A stretch of 64,000 bases of DNA from a virus: the IMG/VR virus record IMGVR_UViG_3300045988_174371, positions 256,001-320,000 of that record, one strand, 5' to 3'. Numbering within the stretch: the stretch's first letter is position 1; each line of letters begins with the position of its first letter. The notes under the pieces are model-generated. The model had not been told where the DNA came from, did no database searches, and worked only from the letters and a program-made list of their open reading frames with translations. This document shows, piece by piece, positions 1 through 9,392 of the stretch. Made by a program: the position numbers and the translations under genes.

Positions 1-1
1 C

Positions 2-535
2 AGCATCGACCACCTCCCCGAAGATACTACTCCGGGGCTTGGGCAACAGCCAAAGAATCTCGACAAGAACACTATTGCCCCTATGACAATCAGAATCCCC
101 GAAGTAGGATTCAATGCCGGGCTTCAATACACGGGCGGAACCGACAACCCTACCACCGGAAGAACGGAAATCAACATCCCCGTAACGTACCGCATCGGCG
201 TTTACACCGACTCTGCACCCCTCACAAGCACCGAAGGAACCACTCTCCTTGTAGGGCACGTAAACTGGGCAAACGGAGTGCCTGCACCCATGAGCGCTAT
301 CGTCGCCTGCAAGCTAGGTGATACTGTCTACACCACCGACCTAGCCGGAACCATGACTACATGGAAAGTTACCCGAATTGAACCTCAAGTACCTCAGGTA
401 GACCTCAGCAAATGGTGGAACGTCACAGCGAAGACTGGTAAACGTCAGCTCATTATGGCAACCTGCCACGGAACCTACAAGAATGGCGTATGGACGTACA
501 CTGATAACCATGTGGTAGTAGCGGAACCCGCATAG
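2..535 (+). CDS. Sortase-family transpeptidase, 5' end outside the window
   Basis: Track ORF is 83..535, but the same frame is open back to nt 2 with no stop, so the gene starts upstream of the window. His motif TLLVGHVNW and Cys motif QLIMATCHG occur in sortase order. Paralogous to 44187..45047. Confidence 0.7.
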   Translation, partial: SIDHLPEDTTPGLGQQPKNLDKNTIAPMTIRIPEVGFNAGLQYTGGTDNPTTGRTEINIPVTYRIGVYTDSAPLTSTEGTTLLVGHVNWANGVPAPMSAIVACKLGDTVYTTDLAGTMTTWKVTRIEPQVPQVDLSKWWNVTAKTGKRQLIMATCHGTYKNGVWTYTDNHVVVAEPA

Positions 536-560
536 CCAAATACTTCTTAGAACAACCGGA

Positions 561-606
561 AGCGGGCGTTCAGACCATATACCTAACAATGGTCTGAACG
601 CCCGCT
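561..606. terminator. Bidirectional stem-loop between convergent genes
   Basis: Perfect 18-bp inverted repeat agcgggcgttcagaccat / atggtctgaacgcccgct (561..578 and 589..606) followed by ttt. It lies between the + sortase gene and the - gene ending at 709. Confidence 0.7.
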
Positions 607-708
607 TTAGGCAATTCACAATACACACATATGCGCTAAACTCGGTTTGTACGCCCAGCAGATTAGCTAGACGCTTGCGTTTTTCGCACTATGTATATAG
701 CAGACAGT

Positions 709-2289
709 TTAGAGAATCGTCATCCCATCAGCACTAACCAGCGTCGGAACGTTCGGTGCGTAGACAGCCTGAGCGTGCTTCTTATGAGTACTTTGCACGT
801 AAGCGCCGAAGCCCCTCTGGTAGTCGTCAAGCTTCAGTAGCGACTTGCGGGGGCCATCCACGGCATAGAACGGGGTGCCATGCAATGTGATACTTGTCCC
901 CCAACGGTGGTAATTCATCTTCTCTGCGTAGTACAGAGGGTGCATATACGTACTAAGCGCTTCATGCCCTGTAGCATCCCGCAGGGATAAAGAGCCATGC
1001 AACTGCGGGAAAGGGCAACGCTCAGAAGTAGCCATCCAAGAGCTGTAAACCTCAGCTATAGGATGCCCCATAATGGGGTTCGCCGCAAAATTAACACCAT
1101 TCCCCATGCGCAGGCACTCCCCCTGGTATAGCGTCCCCAAGTACTTCATGTTCAGCGCATAAGCCGCCTGCCTAGCCGTCTGAGGACGACCCAAATTAAC
1201 CCACTCACCATGTGAAAGACCTGCATGAGTGATAAGCCGACCGTCTGCTTCAACAGCCACGTAATAACGGAACGCCGCAGGGTTACGTTTCTCGTCCGTC
1301 AGCCACCCCTCACGAACAAAATTGATGCCGGTCTTGGTGTCTCGAAGATAATTGTCCGCCTGGCTCTTAGGCAGGTTCAGGTAGATAACCTCATTCGCCC
1401 CGATGACGTTCACAAACGGAACAGCAGACAGGTTCGCTCGACCCCAAATCTGCTTCATCAGGTTAGCATTCTCAACTACCGGAGAGACATTCCTATATTC
1501 GTCATCAGCGCTAGTACCCATCTCTAGGAAAGGCGCTAGACGCAACATATTACCCAAGGTAATCGTGGAATCGACACTATCAATCAGCGGCTCGTAACGC
1601 TTCTCCATAACCTTCACCTGCCCATGCAAGCCAGGAATGAAAAGCTTACTATCAAATGAGGAAGTATCCCACGGAAGAAGCTCCTCAGCAGGACGTTCCT
1701 CAGGGATGCCGAAGTAAGCTTCCTCGGGTGTTAGAGGCTTAACTCCCTCATTAGACTCGTCCGGCGAGACTGTAGGTAATGGTAGCGTTGCAGAAGCGAA
1801 CTTACGTTTCTTGCCTGAAGGGTAATAGAAACGAGGCTTAGCCCACTCAGGGATACGCTCGCTATCCACTATGTCCCAGCGTATCTCCTGAGGCTTCCCA
1901 CTAGGAGTTGTAGTGAAGCAATCTATCTCGTCCTCTGTGTAGAGACCCTGCGTGTATGTCGAGAGGACAATCTTGTAAAGCCTGTCACTCAGTACGTCAA
2001 TGCCAAGCTCCGCGCCACGCAGGAAGATAGGGTGGTCAGGCGGTAGCGGGTATGCACGTTTCGGTAGCGCGGTGTAGAAGAACTCATCGATAGTGTCAGG
2101 AGACTTACGTGTCTTCGCTTTACGCTGTTCCTCACTAAGGCGTAGCTTCTCACTATATGAGGCGCGAATATGCTTATGCATCTCGGCAACGTCTGCCGGG
2201 TTATTGATGTCTCCGATAGATGGGGTTGGTGCACGTTTAACCCCGTCATCAGGCGCACTGTCTTCCGCATGGTTAGTCCTGATAGCCAT
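709..2289 (-). CDS. Hypothetical protein with a degenerate metallophosphatase-like motif series
   Basis: 526-aa ORF with AAGGAG 7 nt upstream of the ATG at 2289. The C-terminal half carries relics of calcineurin-like phosphoesterase motifs in canonical order: IPGLHGQ (GDxHG), TLGNMLRLA (GDxxDRG), VIGANEV (GNHE), ITHAGLS, QLHGSLS. Most metal ligands are replaced. Confidence 0.55.
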   Translation of the reverse strand: MAIRTNHAEDSAPDDGVKRAPTPSIGDINNPADVAEMHKHIRASYSEKLRLSEEQRKAKTRKSPDTIDEFFYTALPKRAYPLPPDHPIFLRGAELGIDVLSDRLYKIVLSTYTQGLYTEDEIDCFTTTPSGKPQEIRWDIVDSERIPEWAKPRFYYPSGKKRKFASATLPLPTVSPDESNEGVKPLTPEEAYFGIPEERPAEELLPWDTSSFDSKLFIPGLHGQVKVMEKRYEPLIDSVDSTITLGNMLRLAPFLEMGTSADDEYRNVSPVVENANLMKQIWGRANLSAVPFVNVIGANEVIYLNLPKSQADNYLRDTKTGINFVREGWLTDEKRNPAAFRYYVAVEADGRLITHAGLSHGEWVNLGRPQTARQAAYALNMKYLGTLYQGECLRMGNGVNFAANPIMGHPIAEVYSSWMATSERCPFPQLHGSLSLRDATGHEALSTYMHPLYYAEKMNYHRWGTSITLHGTPFYAVDGPRKSLLKLDDYQRGFGAYVQSTHKKHAQAVYAPNVPTLVSADGMTIL

Positions 2290-2423
2290 TCAAACTCTCC
2301 TTAAAGTAGCAGGCAACCAGGTCTAGCTTCGCGAATAAGTATTCACTAAAACCAGACCTGGTTACAAATAATGCGGGGTTTCACTCAAATATTACGCATA
2401 AATATGCGTGGCGTTAAATAATG

Positions 2424-3539
2424 CTACTGCGACCGGGGGCTGGTGAGCATATCCGCAATCTGTGCCGCAGTCCCCCTCAAGTCTTCAATCGTCCCAGTGT
2501 TATAGACCGCAAAATCAAAGTCAGCCTCAGTGAGTGACACCTCGGAAGTGTGCGTATCAGTATTTCTGCCACTGGCACCCTGAACCCATGCGGTACTTCC
2601 ACCCATCTCCTTGATAGCATTCAATTCATTTGGAAAACGAATGCCCGTGACTGCCACATTCTTACCCTGCGCATGGAGCTGGCGAACACGTACACGCATC
2701 ATCTCAACCCAGGCATCCTCATCAATCATCTCACGCACCACATCAGTACCCAAGGACTGCAACAAAGAGCGTACCTCCTGCAAACGCTTAGCCTTAGCCC
2801 AGTCACCCTTACACACAACCTTCAGGTAGGTTGAAAGCTTCATCACCTCAACATTATCACCTTCACCAATAGGGCATACGATGGACGGATTGACCTTCAG
2901 CAAAGCTTCATAGAGCGGTTCAGACATGCCAATTACAGCCCAATCATCACCCAAGAAGCCTGCAAAGGTGTCCTTCCCTGAGGCTTTCCAGCCACCAATT
3001 CCCAGCAAAGCAGGATGAGCAACCTCAATAGCGCCGCCATCACTACTGGCACTTGCAGACTCGCCGCTACGGATGGACTCGTAAGCAACACTTAGGTGGT
3101 TGATGTTATTGCGGTACAGCTCATACACATCCATCACTGCGTCACTGAGAGCAAGCCCCTCATCCGGTCGAACAAAACGGTAAGGGGAATTTGTCGGCAG
3201 GTCAGCAAAAGCTAGAGCCAAAGAATGCATATCCACAACCTTACCGCCAATCAGAGCTGACAGTGCAGGAATTGCGTGCTTAGTCTCATTCAAGAGACGC
3301 TGAGCATCCCAAGCAACAAGCACAAAGCCAGCGTCCGCGTAAGAAGACTGACGCAACGAATCAATCGTAGAGATAATGTCCATCTGACCCTCAGGGATGG
3401 TCTTACCCGTAAACAAGGACTGTACAACAGGCACCCCTAGAAGGTCATGCGAGCCGCCAGTAATCGGCAGAAAAGCCACCCTCCGCCTATCCGCATCCAT
3501 GTGCGCAACAATATGTACAACAGGGTTCTGAGTATTCAA
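2424..3539 (-). CDS. Fusion protein: unassigned N-terminal domain + phage T5-type dNMP kinase-like P-loop domain
   Basis: The C-terminal ~190 aa match the T5 dNMP kinase pattern: GGWKASGKDTFA (P-loop), LLQSLGTDVVRE, VTGIRFPNELNAIKEMGG, DTHTSE, YNTGTIEDL. The track start is 3575. I prefer the TTG at 3539, which has AAGGAG 7 nt upstream. Confidence 0.7.
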   Translation of the reverse strand: MNTQNPVVHIVAHMDADRRRVAFLPITGGSHDLLGVPVVQSLFTGKTIPEGQMDIISTIDSLRQSSYADAGFVLVAWDAQRLLNETKHAIPALSALIGGKVVDMHSLALAFADLPTNSPYRFVRPDEGLALSDAVMDVYELYRNNINHLSVAYESIRSGESASASSDGGAIEVAHPALLGIGGWKASGKDTFAGFLGDDWAVIGMSEPLYEALLKVNPSIVCPIGEGDNVEVMKLSTYLKVVCKGDWAKAKRLQEVRSLLQSLGTDVVREMIDEDAWVEMMRVRVRQLHAQGKNVAVTGIRFPNELNAIKEMGGSTAWVQGASGRNTDTHTSEVSLTEADFDFAVYNTGTIEDLRGTAAQIADMLTSPRSQ

Positions 3540-3600
3540 GAAAAAGCTCCTTAACAGCAAAGTTCGTACCAACAATTTTAACGCATCGCCAACCTAAAAG

Positions 3601-3648
3601 GAAGGTGATGCGAGGGCTCCAATGCAGGAAACTCTTCGCATCACCTTC
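3601..3648 (-). terminator. Stem-loop terminator after the GH16-like gene
   Basis: 13-bp arms gaaggtgatgcga / tcgcatcaccttc, followed on the minus strand by cttttagg. Confidence 0.6.
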
Positions 3649-3665
3649 AATCTTACAATATGAGA

Positions 3666-5462
3666 TTAGGACTTGTCGCCGCTACTGCGACCAGCCCACC
3701 ATAGCCAACCAATAACGGCAACTACGCCAGCAACAATCGCAGAAACACCTACCGCGAACCAGTTAGTCCCTGAGTCGTGACCAGTAGCCGCAACAATAGG
3801 CTTCTCAGGTTTGCTAGACTCGAAAGAGTTGGAGGAATCACTTGGTGCTTTAGTGCTAGAGGGGTTAGATGAATCGACAACCCTATCTCCGCTCTTGTTC
3901 ACCGAAGCATCCTCACCTGTAGGCATAGAAGCCTCACTCACAGGCTGTTCCGCAGGAGTAGGTGAAGCAGTGGGAGAGGCGCTATCACTTACTACCGGGA
4001 CGCTACTAGGCTCAGCAGTGACCACAGGCGCAGACGAAGCATCCGCCGTAGGCGCTACAGACGGGGAAGGTTCCGTAGGCGACTCCACGGGCTTAGTAGG
4101 TTCCACCGTAGGCGCTACTGGAGCCAAGCTTGCCGTAGAAGTCGGAGATGGTGAGGATGAAGTAGTCGAGATGGCACTGGGCTTTACAGGTGCAGGGGCT
4201 TCCGTGGGCTCATGTGTCGCCACCGGCGGCTTAGTAGGCTCCACTGTAGGCTCAACACTAACGGTTGGCTCTGCTGGAGCTGGGGTTACTGTAGGCTTAG
4301 GTGTACCTACTGTGGGAGCGGGTATCGGTGTTGCGGTCGAAGTAGGCTCTACCGGCTTAGAAGCTTCAACAGTAGGGGTGGGGCTAGGGGTGCTCGCCGG
4401 GAGTGACGGAACAGGGCTTGCCGTAGGCTCTACCTTAGGGGTTTCCGTAGGCTGAGGGGCATCTGCCGTTGGCTTAGCCTCTACCGGCGTAGGAGCGGCA
4501 GTAGAATGCGCAGGGGTGGGCTTCGCGCTAGGGGTGCTCTCCGCAGGCTTGGGGGTTTCGGCGGTCACTAGAGGGTAGTGTCGAACATAGTCGAATGAGA
4601 TGCCGCCGGTCGGGTTGGATTGGAGACCCCAATATACGTTTGAGACACGCGCAGTCAAAGTCGTATTTAGAGGCTGACCCGCTGGGAAACTCTTCGCGTA
4701 ATTCGGGTCGGAAGACTTCATCTCCTGAACCAACTCACCATCACGGAAAACCTTGATACCATCAGCAGTCTTCAAGATACCAACTACTACAGGCTCACCA
4801 ACTGGCTTATTCTGGAACCAGGAAGGCTTACCGTGAGTAACCTTCTTCCCAGTCTGTGCGTTGATAGCGTCCTGGCTGTAGTGGATGATGGTCTGGTTCT
4901 TGTTGGACTGGTCGAACTTTTCCTTCTTACCGGACTCGTTACGGGTCTCCTTCACGGTACTGCCAAACGCTTCGTACCCATCAACTTCCCCAAGCTGAGG
5001 ACCGGCAACATTGCCGTTACCGTAGAGATAGCCACCGACATGCCCAAAACCGCTGTAGCTGGAAACCTTAAACTCCCAGTAGCCGTCCTCAAATGCCGCC
5101 TTGTTATTGGTGCTCATCTCAGCAGACTCACCCTTCTGCCCATTCGCGCCAACCTTTGTGGTGAGGTGTAGCTGACCATCCTTAACGGTTACAGCATCCT
5201 TGGTGTACTTCCCGTAAGGGTCTTGATTTACCTCGGAGTAGCCGTTGTAGACGCTCCAGAAGTCCTTATTTACTTCTGTACCGTCAAACTCATCCGCCCA
5301 GTCTGGGCACCCTAAACCTGGCTGGTACTGGCTCTTGAGGCATGACCCGGCAGGAACCGGGTTCTTCGGGGCAATATTTGCCGCGTTAGCTACAGCGGTT
5401 CCGGTCAGCATTGACACAGCCAAAGCAGTAGCCCCTGCGCGGCGCTTAGAAATACTCGTCAT
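3666..5462 (-). CDS. Wall-anchored secreted protein with GH16/ConA-like glucanase domain and long Pro/Thr/Ala-rich stalk
   Basis: Signal peptide MTSISKRRAGATALAVSMLTGTAVANA (start moved to the ATG at 5462). GH16-type catalytic signature GEVDGYE (ExDxxE). About 250 aa of P/T/S/A-rich linker. The C-terminus has IVAATG, a hydrophobic stretch and RSSGDKS, which reads as a sorting signal. Confidence 0.7.
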   Translation of the reverse strand: MTSISKRRAGATALAVSMLTGTAVANAANIAPKNPVPAGSCLKSQYQPGLGCPDWADEFDGTEVNKDFWSVYNGYSEVNQDPYGKYTKDAVTVKDGQLHLTTKVGANGQKGESAEMSTNNKAAFEDGYWEFKVSSYSGFGHVGGYLYGNGNVAGPQLGEVDGYEAFGSTVKETRNESGKKEKFDQSNKNQTIIHYSQDAINAQTGKKVTHGKPSWFQNKPVGEPVVVGILKTADGIKVFRDGELVQEMKSSDPNYAKSFPAGQPLNTTLTARVSNVYWGLQSNPTGGISFDYVRHYPLVTAETPKPAESTPSAKPTPAHSTAAPTPVEAKPTADAPQPTETPKVEPTASPVPSLPASTPSPTPTVEASKPVEPTSTATPIPAPTVGTPKPTVTPAPAEPTVSVEPTVEPTKPPVATHEPTEAPAPVKPSAISTTSSSPSPTSTASLAPVAPTVEPTKPVESPTEPSPSVAPTADASSAPVVTAEPSSVPVVSDSASPTASPTPAEQPVSEASMPTGEDASVNKSGDRVVDSSNPSSTKAPSDSSNSFESSKPEKPIVAATGHDSGTNWFAVGVSAIVAGVVAVIGWLWWAGRSSGDKS

Positions 5463-5533
5463 AAAGCAACTCTCCCGCACCTGAGGTATAGGCACGCAAT
5501 ATAGTGAGAAAAATTACAAAGACTGTATAGCAA

Positions 5534-5574
5534 AAGCCCCTTACTTTCAAGTAATACCTGAGAGTAAGGGGCTT
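5534..5574 (-). terminator. Rho-independent terminator
   Basis: Arms aagccccttact / agtaaggggctt, followed on the minus strand by TTTTGC. Confidence 0.65.
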
Positions 5575-5581
5575 GGTTGCG

Positions 5582-6034
5582 CTAGGGGTTAAGAACTTCG
5601 TTGAGATTATTCTCTTCTTCAAAGCCCCAGAGCTTGAGGAGATTATTCTTCTTCTCCTCTAGAACCTTATTGCGTGCGGCGAGAGCGTCACCCATAAGGA
5701 TACGGTGACCATGCTCGGTCTCCAGTAGAGGGACTTCGTTAGCGCGAATCATCTTCCAGAGCGTGCCAGGACCCACCAGGGCAACATCTGCCGCTTCAGT
5801 GACAAGAAGCTTTGCATTCGAATTGCTGATGGTGACGCTGTTGTCATTGAGTAGAGATTCAAGTGCTTCACTCAGTAAAGCGACCGCATGTTCGTGGTTC
5901 TCCCGCGAGTCTTCATGGTCTGGAATTGAGTTCTCAATAGCGGATACCGTGGCGTTGATGAGCTTCAGCATCTCCGGCGTTACGTGCGCCTGAAAATGTT
6001 TCATTGACAGCATGTGGTAACACACACCTTTCAT
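5582..6034 (-). CDS. Small helix-turn-helix (excisionase/MerR-type) DNA-binding protein
   Basis: The C-terminal segment LLVTEAADVALVGPGTLWKMIRANEVPLLETEHGHRILMGDAL fits the excisionase-family HTH pattern. The true start among three in-frame ATGs is uncertain. Confidence 0.45.
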   Translation of the reverse strand: MKGVCYHMLSMKHFQAHVTPEMLKLINATVSAIENSIPDHEDSRENHEHAVALLSEALESLLNDNSVTISNSNAKLLVTEAADVALVGPGTLWKMIRANEVPLLETEHGHRILMGDALAARNKVLEEKKNNLLKLWGFEEENNLNEVLNP

Positions 6035-6202
6035 GTAGTGATTGAAAATAACTTACTGCAAGTGTACCACATTTTTGCGCCCTACGCAGGTTGTTGCATG
6101 AGGCATAAAAAGAGGGGGTGTCCTCAGAAAGGGGGAAACCCCCCAACCCAAAGACACCCCTAAGCTAAGCCACCCAATCGGGGCTCAGCCTAAAGAAGCA
6201 TT

Positions 6203-9200
6203 TTACTTCTCGTCAGCCTCAGTAGCCTTACGGCGCTTACCCAGGAGCAAAGCCCCAAGACCAGCACCAACAGCGGCAAACAACCCAGCCTGACCAGCAA
6301 CACCATTACCAGTGTCACGACCAGTCTTAGCCTCCACCTGCTTCACAGGCTCAGCAGGCTTCTCAACTTTCGGCTCCTCAGGCTTAGGAGCCTCAGGAGT
6401 TACTGGCTCAATCTTGTGCTCAAGACGAATCACAGCCTGAGTAGTAAGACCCGAAACCGTGGACACCTGATAGGTCACCTCAGGAAGCTCGCCAGTGTAA
6501 CCTGCCACACGCAGGAACTTCACGACACCATTCTCATCAACGGTGTAAGTGCCCTTACCCTCGAAGGTTCGAGAAGTAACCCAAGAACCATCCTCAGCCT
6601 GGAAGCGAATAGTCTTCGCATCCAGCGGGTCATCAACACCGTTAATGGAACCGCCCTTGTCGTTGCTCAGAACGCCCTCTAGGACAGTCTCATCAGTGGT
6701 GATGGTGTAGCTGTCGTCAGATGCCTTCGGCTCAGTGTAGGTAGCTTCCGGGTTATCTGCGACAACCGGAGGGTTGCCCGGAACCTCAGAGACAACCTCA
6801 GCAGTCGCCTTAGCGGGGTCGGTCACAGTCTGAGCAGTACCAACAGTACCGTTTACCTTAGTACCGTCCCAACGCTTGAAGATATTAGCCGTCTGAGTCG
6901 CCTTGTAGGTAACCTCAGCAGTCTTACCCGAAGCCACGGAAACGGTGCCAACCTCAAGGGTCTTCGTCTCACCAGGGGCAAGGGTGAATCCAGCAGGCAA
7001 GGTTACCTTAGCGCCCGCCGCATTAGCGACAGTCAAAGTGTCAGCGTTCAAAGTGACAGCAGAGCCAGAGGTGTTAGTCACATCAACCGTGACCTTGCCA
7101 GTAGCACTACCATTCTCGTCAAGCTTCAACTTCACCGGGTTAATGTTCGCATCGTCACCGTTAATCTTAGTAACGATTCCGATAGCCGTGTTGATGGGCT
7201 GAATGTGCAAGGTGACAGTAGACTCTGCTTCCTTACCATCAGCAGTGGACACGATGTAACGGACAGTGAAATCGCCAATAATGTTCTGCGGGTGGTCGAA
7301 AACAACCTTGCCATTGACAACCTTGGCGGTCACGCCGGAATCACCGAAGCTGTAAGACGTGGAGCCCTTACCATCGCCAAGCTTCAAAGTAGAAGCATCG
7401 ACGGTGCTACCCTCAACCTTGGCAGTAGCCAGCGGGTCAAGAGTATGGGACTTCTCGCTATTCACCAGAACAGTCTTCTCCGCCGGAGCAACAGTCAGGT
7501 TCGACTGCTTAGCCCAAGTGAACGTTGCAGTGGACGGAACCTTAGTGGTTGCCTTACCGCTATCGTAAATATTGTAGTTCACGGTCACGGTGCCGCTGAA
7601 ACCCTTCTCGGGGACGGCAGTTGCGACACCATTAGCGTCGATAGTGATGGTCGCCTTACCCGGAACAACAATCTTCTTACCACCCTCAGAAATGGTCGCA
7701 CCATCCGTAGTGGAGAAGATAGTCTTAGTCTTATCCAGGGTGTACGGCTTAACCGTAGAGGAGTTCTCCATCAGGTCAGCAGTCAAAGTGACACCGTAAG
7801 CGCCCTGCTTCTGCTCGTTACCATCCTTGGGCAAAGCGTAAGACTCAGCGGAACTGTCCTCGTAGCTGTAGCCACCCCATGCGGTAATAAAACCAGTCTG
7901 CGGGCGACCGGCAACGTCAGTGCGGTAGGTGCGACCCTCAAAGGTGAAAGTCGTTTCCTTGTTTCGGATTGCCTCAGCGGTCAGCTGTACGTCACCGCAA
8001 CGCTTCCCCTCGGAGTCGATACCGGGGCCGTAATCCTTAACCTTCCAGTGAGGCTCCTGCTCAACAACCTTAGTGACATCAGGCGAGGTGGTGGAGAACC
8101 AGAACGACATACCATCCCACAAAGCGGTGTACTTGAGAACCAGCTTACCAGGGGTGGACTTCTCAAAGTCGATAGTTACCAGAGGCTCAGTGACACCACG
8201 TTCCTTCAACTCGCCACGGACAGTGTTAGCGAAGTTGCCTGTTGCGGAACGCGCCCAGAACTTGTCGGATACCGTATTAACATCATAAGTGCCGTCAAGC
8301 CACTCATTCTGCTTCATACCATCATTAACAGTAATGTACTTACGCAGGTCGGGGTTATCCTTACCCCACTGTGCCAGCTCCTTACCCTGAAGCGGGTACC
8401 AGCGCCCACCAATCTCCTTAGCAGGCATAGAAGCAATTAGCGCGAAGTTAGGGTTCTTCTTGAGGTAGTCATCTGCTTCACCCTGACCGATACGGAATTG
8501 CTGTTTCGCAGGGTCGATAATCAGCTCAATTTCGTAGGTGCCACCCTTGACAACGCCATTCGGGACAGTCTGACCCTTCAAGAATGCGTCAGGAACGCCA
8601 CACTTTGCGACACCCTGACCGCCGTACCAGACACCACCAGGTGAAATGAAGTTCGGCGTAGTGGCGGCGGGGTTCAGCTTAATCTGACCGCCATTGATGG
8701 TGCCAATACCTGTTGCCTTATACTTCAGGTCATAGGTCTTGAGAACCTTCTCATCATTTAGCGGGTCAATATTTGCTGTGAAGTTCGCGCTAATGTCACG
8801 CGGGTTCTCAGTAATCGCATCATTCCAGGTAATGCGGATAATGCGGCTATTCGTCGGGTGGTTAGACAGGGTACCAATCTTCTTGCCGCTTGCGTCAAGA
8901 ACATCTACCATCTTAGTGGTAAACAGAAGGTTGTTGGCATTTTCCTTACCTTCGGAGCCAGCCGCCAAAGTGGGGATAAGCTCAATCTCGGTAGTCTGCC
9001 CCGCCTTGAGCGCACCGTCCAGGTTCGGGATGGTGAGGGTTACCTGTCGGGTGACGCCACCACGACCATTGGTGAGAGTCTGCACTTCCTCGCCGCCAGC
9101 CACCTTGAGTGAAGCGCCTGCAAGGTTGCCGTTCAAGGTGGTAGCAGTAGTAGCGTTTGCATCAGCCGCAAACGCCGGAGCGATACCACTCACAGTCGGG

Positions 9201-9262
9201 ACAGCGGCAAGTGCGAGCATGGGAAGTGCGGTTAGTACCTTCTTTGAGGTAGTCTTAGCCAT
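6203..9262 (-). CDS. Large wall-anchored adhesin-like surface protein (Ig-like repeat rich)
   Basis: Signal peptide MAKTTSKKVLTALPMLALAAVPTVSGIAPAFA, from the ATG at 9262 with GGAG upstream. The body is long, beta-rich and T/V/G/K-rich, typical of MSCRAMM-like adhesins. The C-terminus has VEAKTG, a hydrophobic segment and KRRK. Confidence 0.7.
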   Translation of the reverse strand: MAKTTSKKVLTALPMLALAAVPTVSGIAPAFAADANATTATTLNGNLAGASLKVAGGEEVQTLTNGRGGVTRQVTLTIPNLDGALKAGQTTEIELIPTLAAGSEGKENANNLLFTTKMVDVLDASGKKIGTLSNHPTNSRIIRITWNDAITENPRDISANFTANIDPLNDEKVLKTYDLKYKATGIGTINGGQIKLNPAATTPNFISPGGVWYGGQGVAKCGVPDAFLKGQTVPNGVVKGGTYEIELIIDPAKQQFRIGQGEADDYLKKNPNFALIASMPAKEIGGRWYPLQGKELAQWGKDNPDLRKYITVNDGMKQNEWLDGTYDVNTVSDKFWARSATGNFANTVRGELKERGVTEPLVTIDFEKSTPGKLVLKYTALWDGMSFWFSTTSPDVTKVVEQEPHWKVKDYGPGIDSEGKRCGDVQLTAEAIRNKETTFTFEGRTYRTDVAGRPQTGFITAWGGYSYEDSSAESYALPKDGNEQKQGAYGVTLTADLMENSSTVKPYTLDKTKTIFSTTDGATISEGGKKIVVPGKATITIDANGVATAVPEKGFSGTVTVNYNIYDSGKATTKVPSTATFTWAKQSNLTVAPAEKTVLVNSEKSHTLDPLATAKVEGSTVDASTLKLGDGKGSTSYSFGDSGVTAKVVNGKVVFDHPQNIIGDFTVRYIVSTADGKEAESTVTLHIQPINTAIGIVTKINGDDANINPVKLKLDENGSATGKVTVDVTNTSGSAVTLNADTLTVANAAGAKVTLPAGFTLAPGETKTLEVGTVSVASGKTAEVTYKATQTANIFKRWDGTKVNGTVGTAQTVTDPAKATAEVVSEVPGNPPVVADNPEATYTEPKASDDSYTITTDETVLEGVLSNDKGGSINGVDDPLDAKTIRFQAEDGSWVTSRTFEGKGTYTVDENGVVKFLRVAGYTGELPEVTYQVSTVSGLTTQAVIRLEHKIEPVTPEAPKPEEPKVEKPAEPVKQVEAKTGRDTGNGVAGQAGLFAAVGAGLGALLLGKRRKATEADEK

Positions 9263-9392
9263 TAGGTTTGTCTCCAATAATAGGTTACAGAACAATTGCC
9301 GGGACACTGAGCACTCTATGCGGCATCAGTTCCCCGGCAGGTTAGCGTCTTACTCAGACGTGCTGGAGAGAAGCTAACCTTTACACAAGATA

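Noticed and set aside
3790-4560. A repetitive-looking stretch considered as a possible CRISPR or tandem-repeat array.
   Set aside because: It is in-frame Pro/Thr/Ser/Ala-rich coding sequence of the GH16-like surface protein. It has no constant-length direct repeats with unique spacers. No CRISPR-like array or cas gene was seen anywhere in the window.
7205-8440. 411-aa plus-strand ORF inside the adhesin gene. Similar long antisense ORFs occur at 13451..14596, 47097..48464, 31260..32051, 59600..60379, 55030..55689 and 3811..4455.
   Set aside because: All lie wholly antisense to better-supported minus-strand genes that have signal peptides, known motifs or paralogues. They have Arg/Ser/Leu/Gly-rich low-complexity composition and no SD. 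They are typical shadow ORFs of coding regions.
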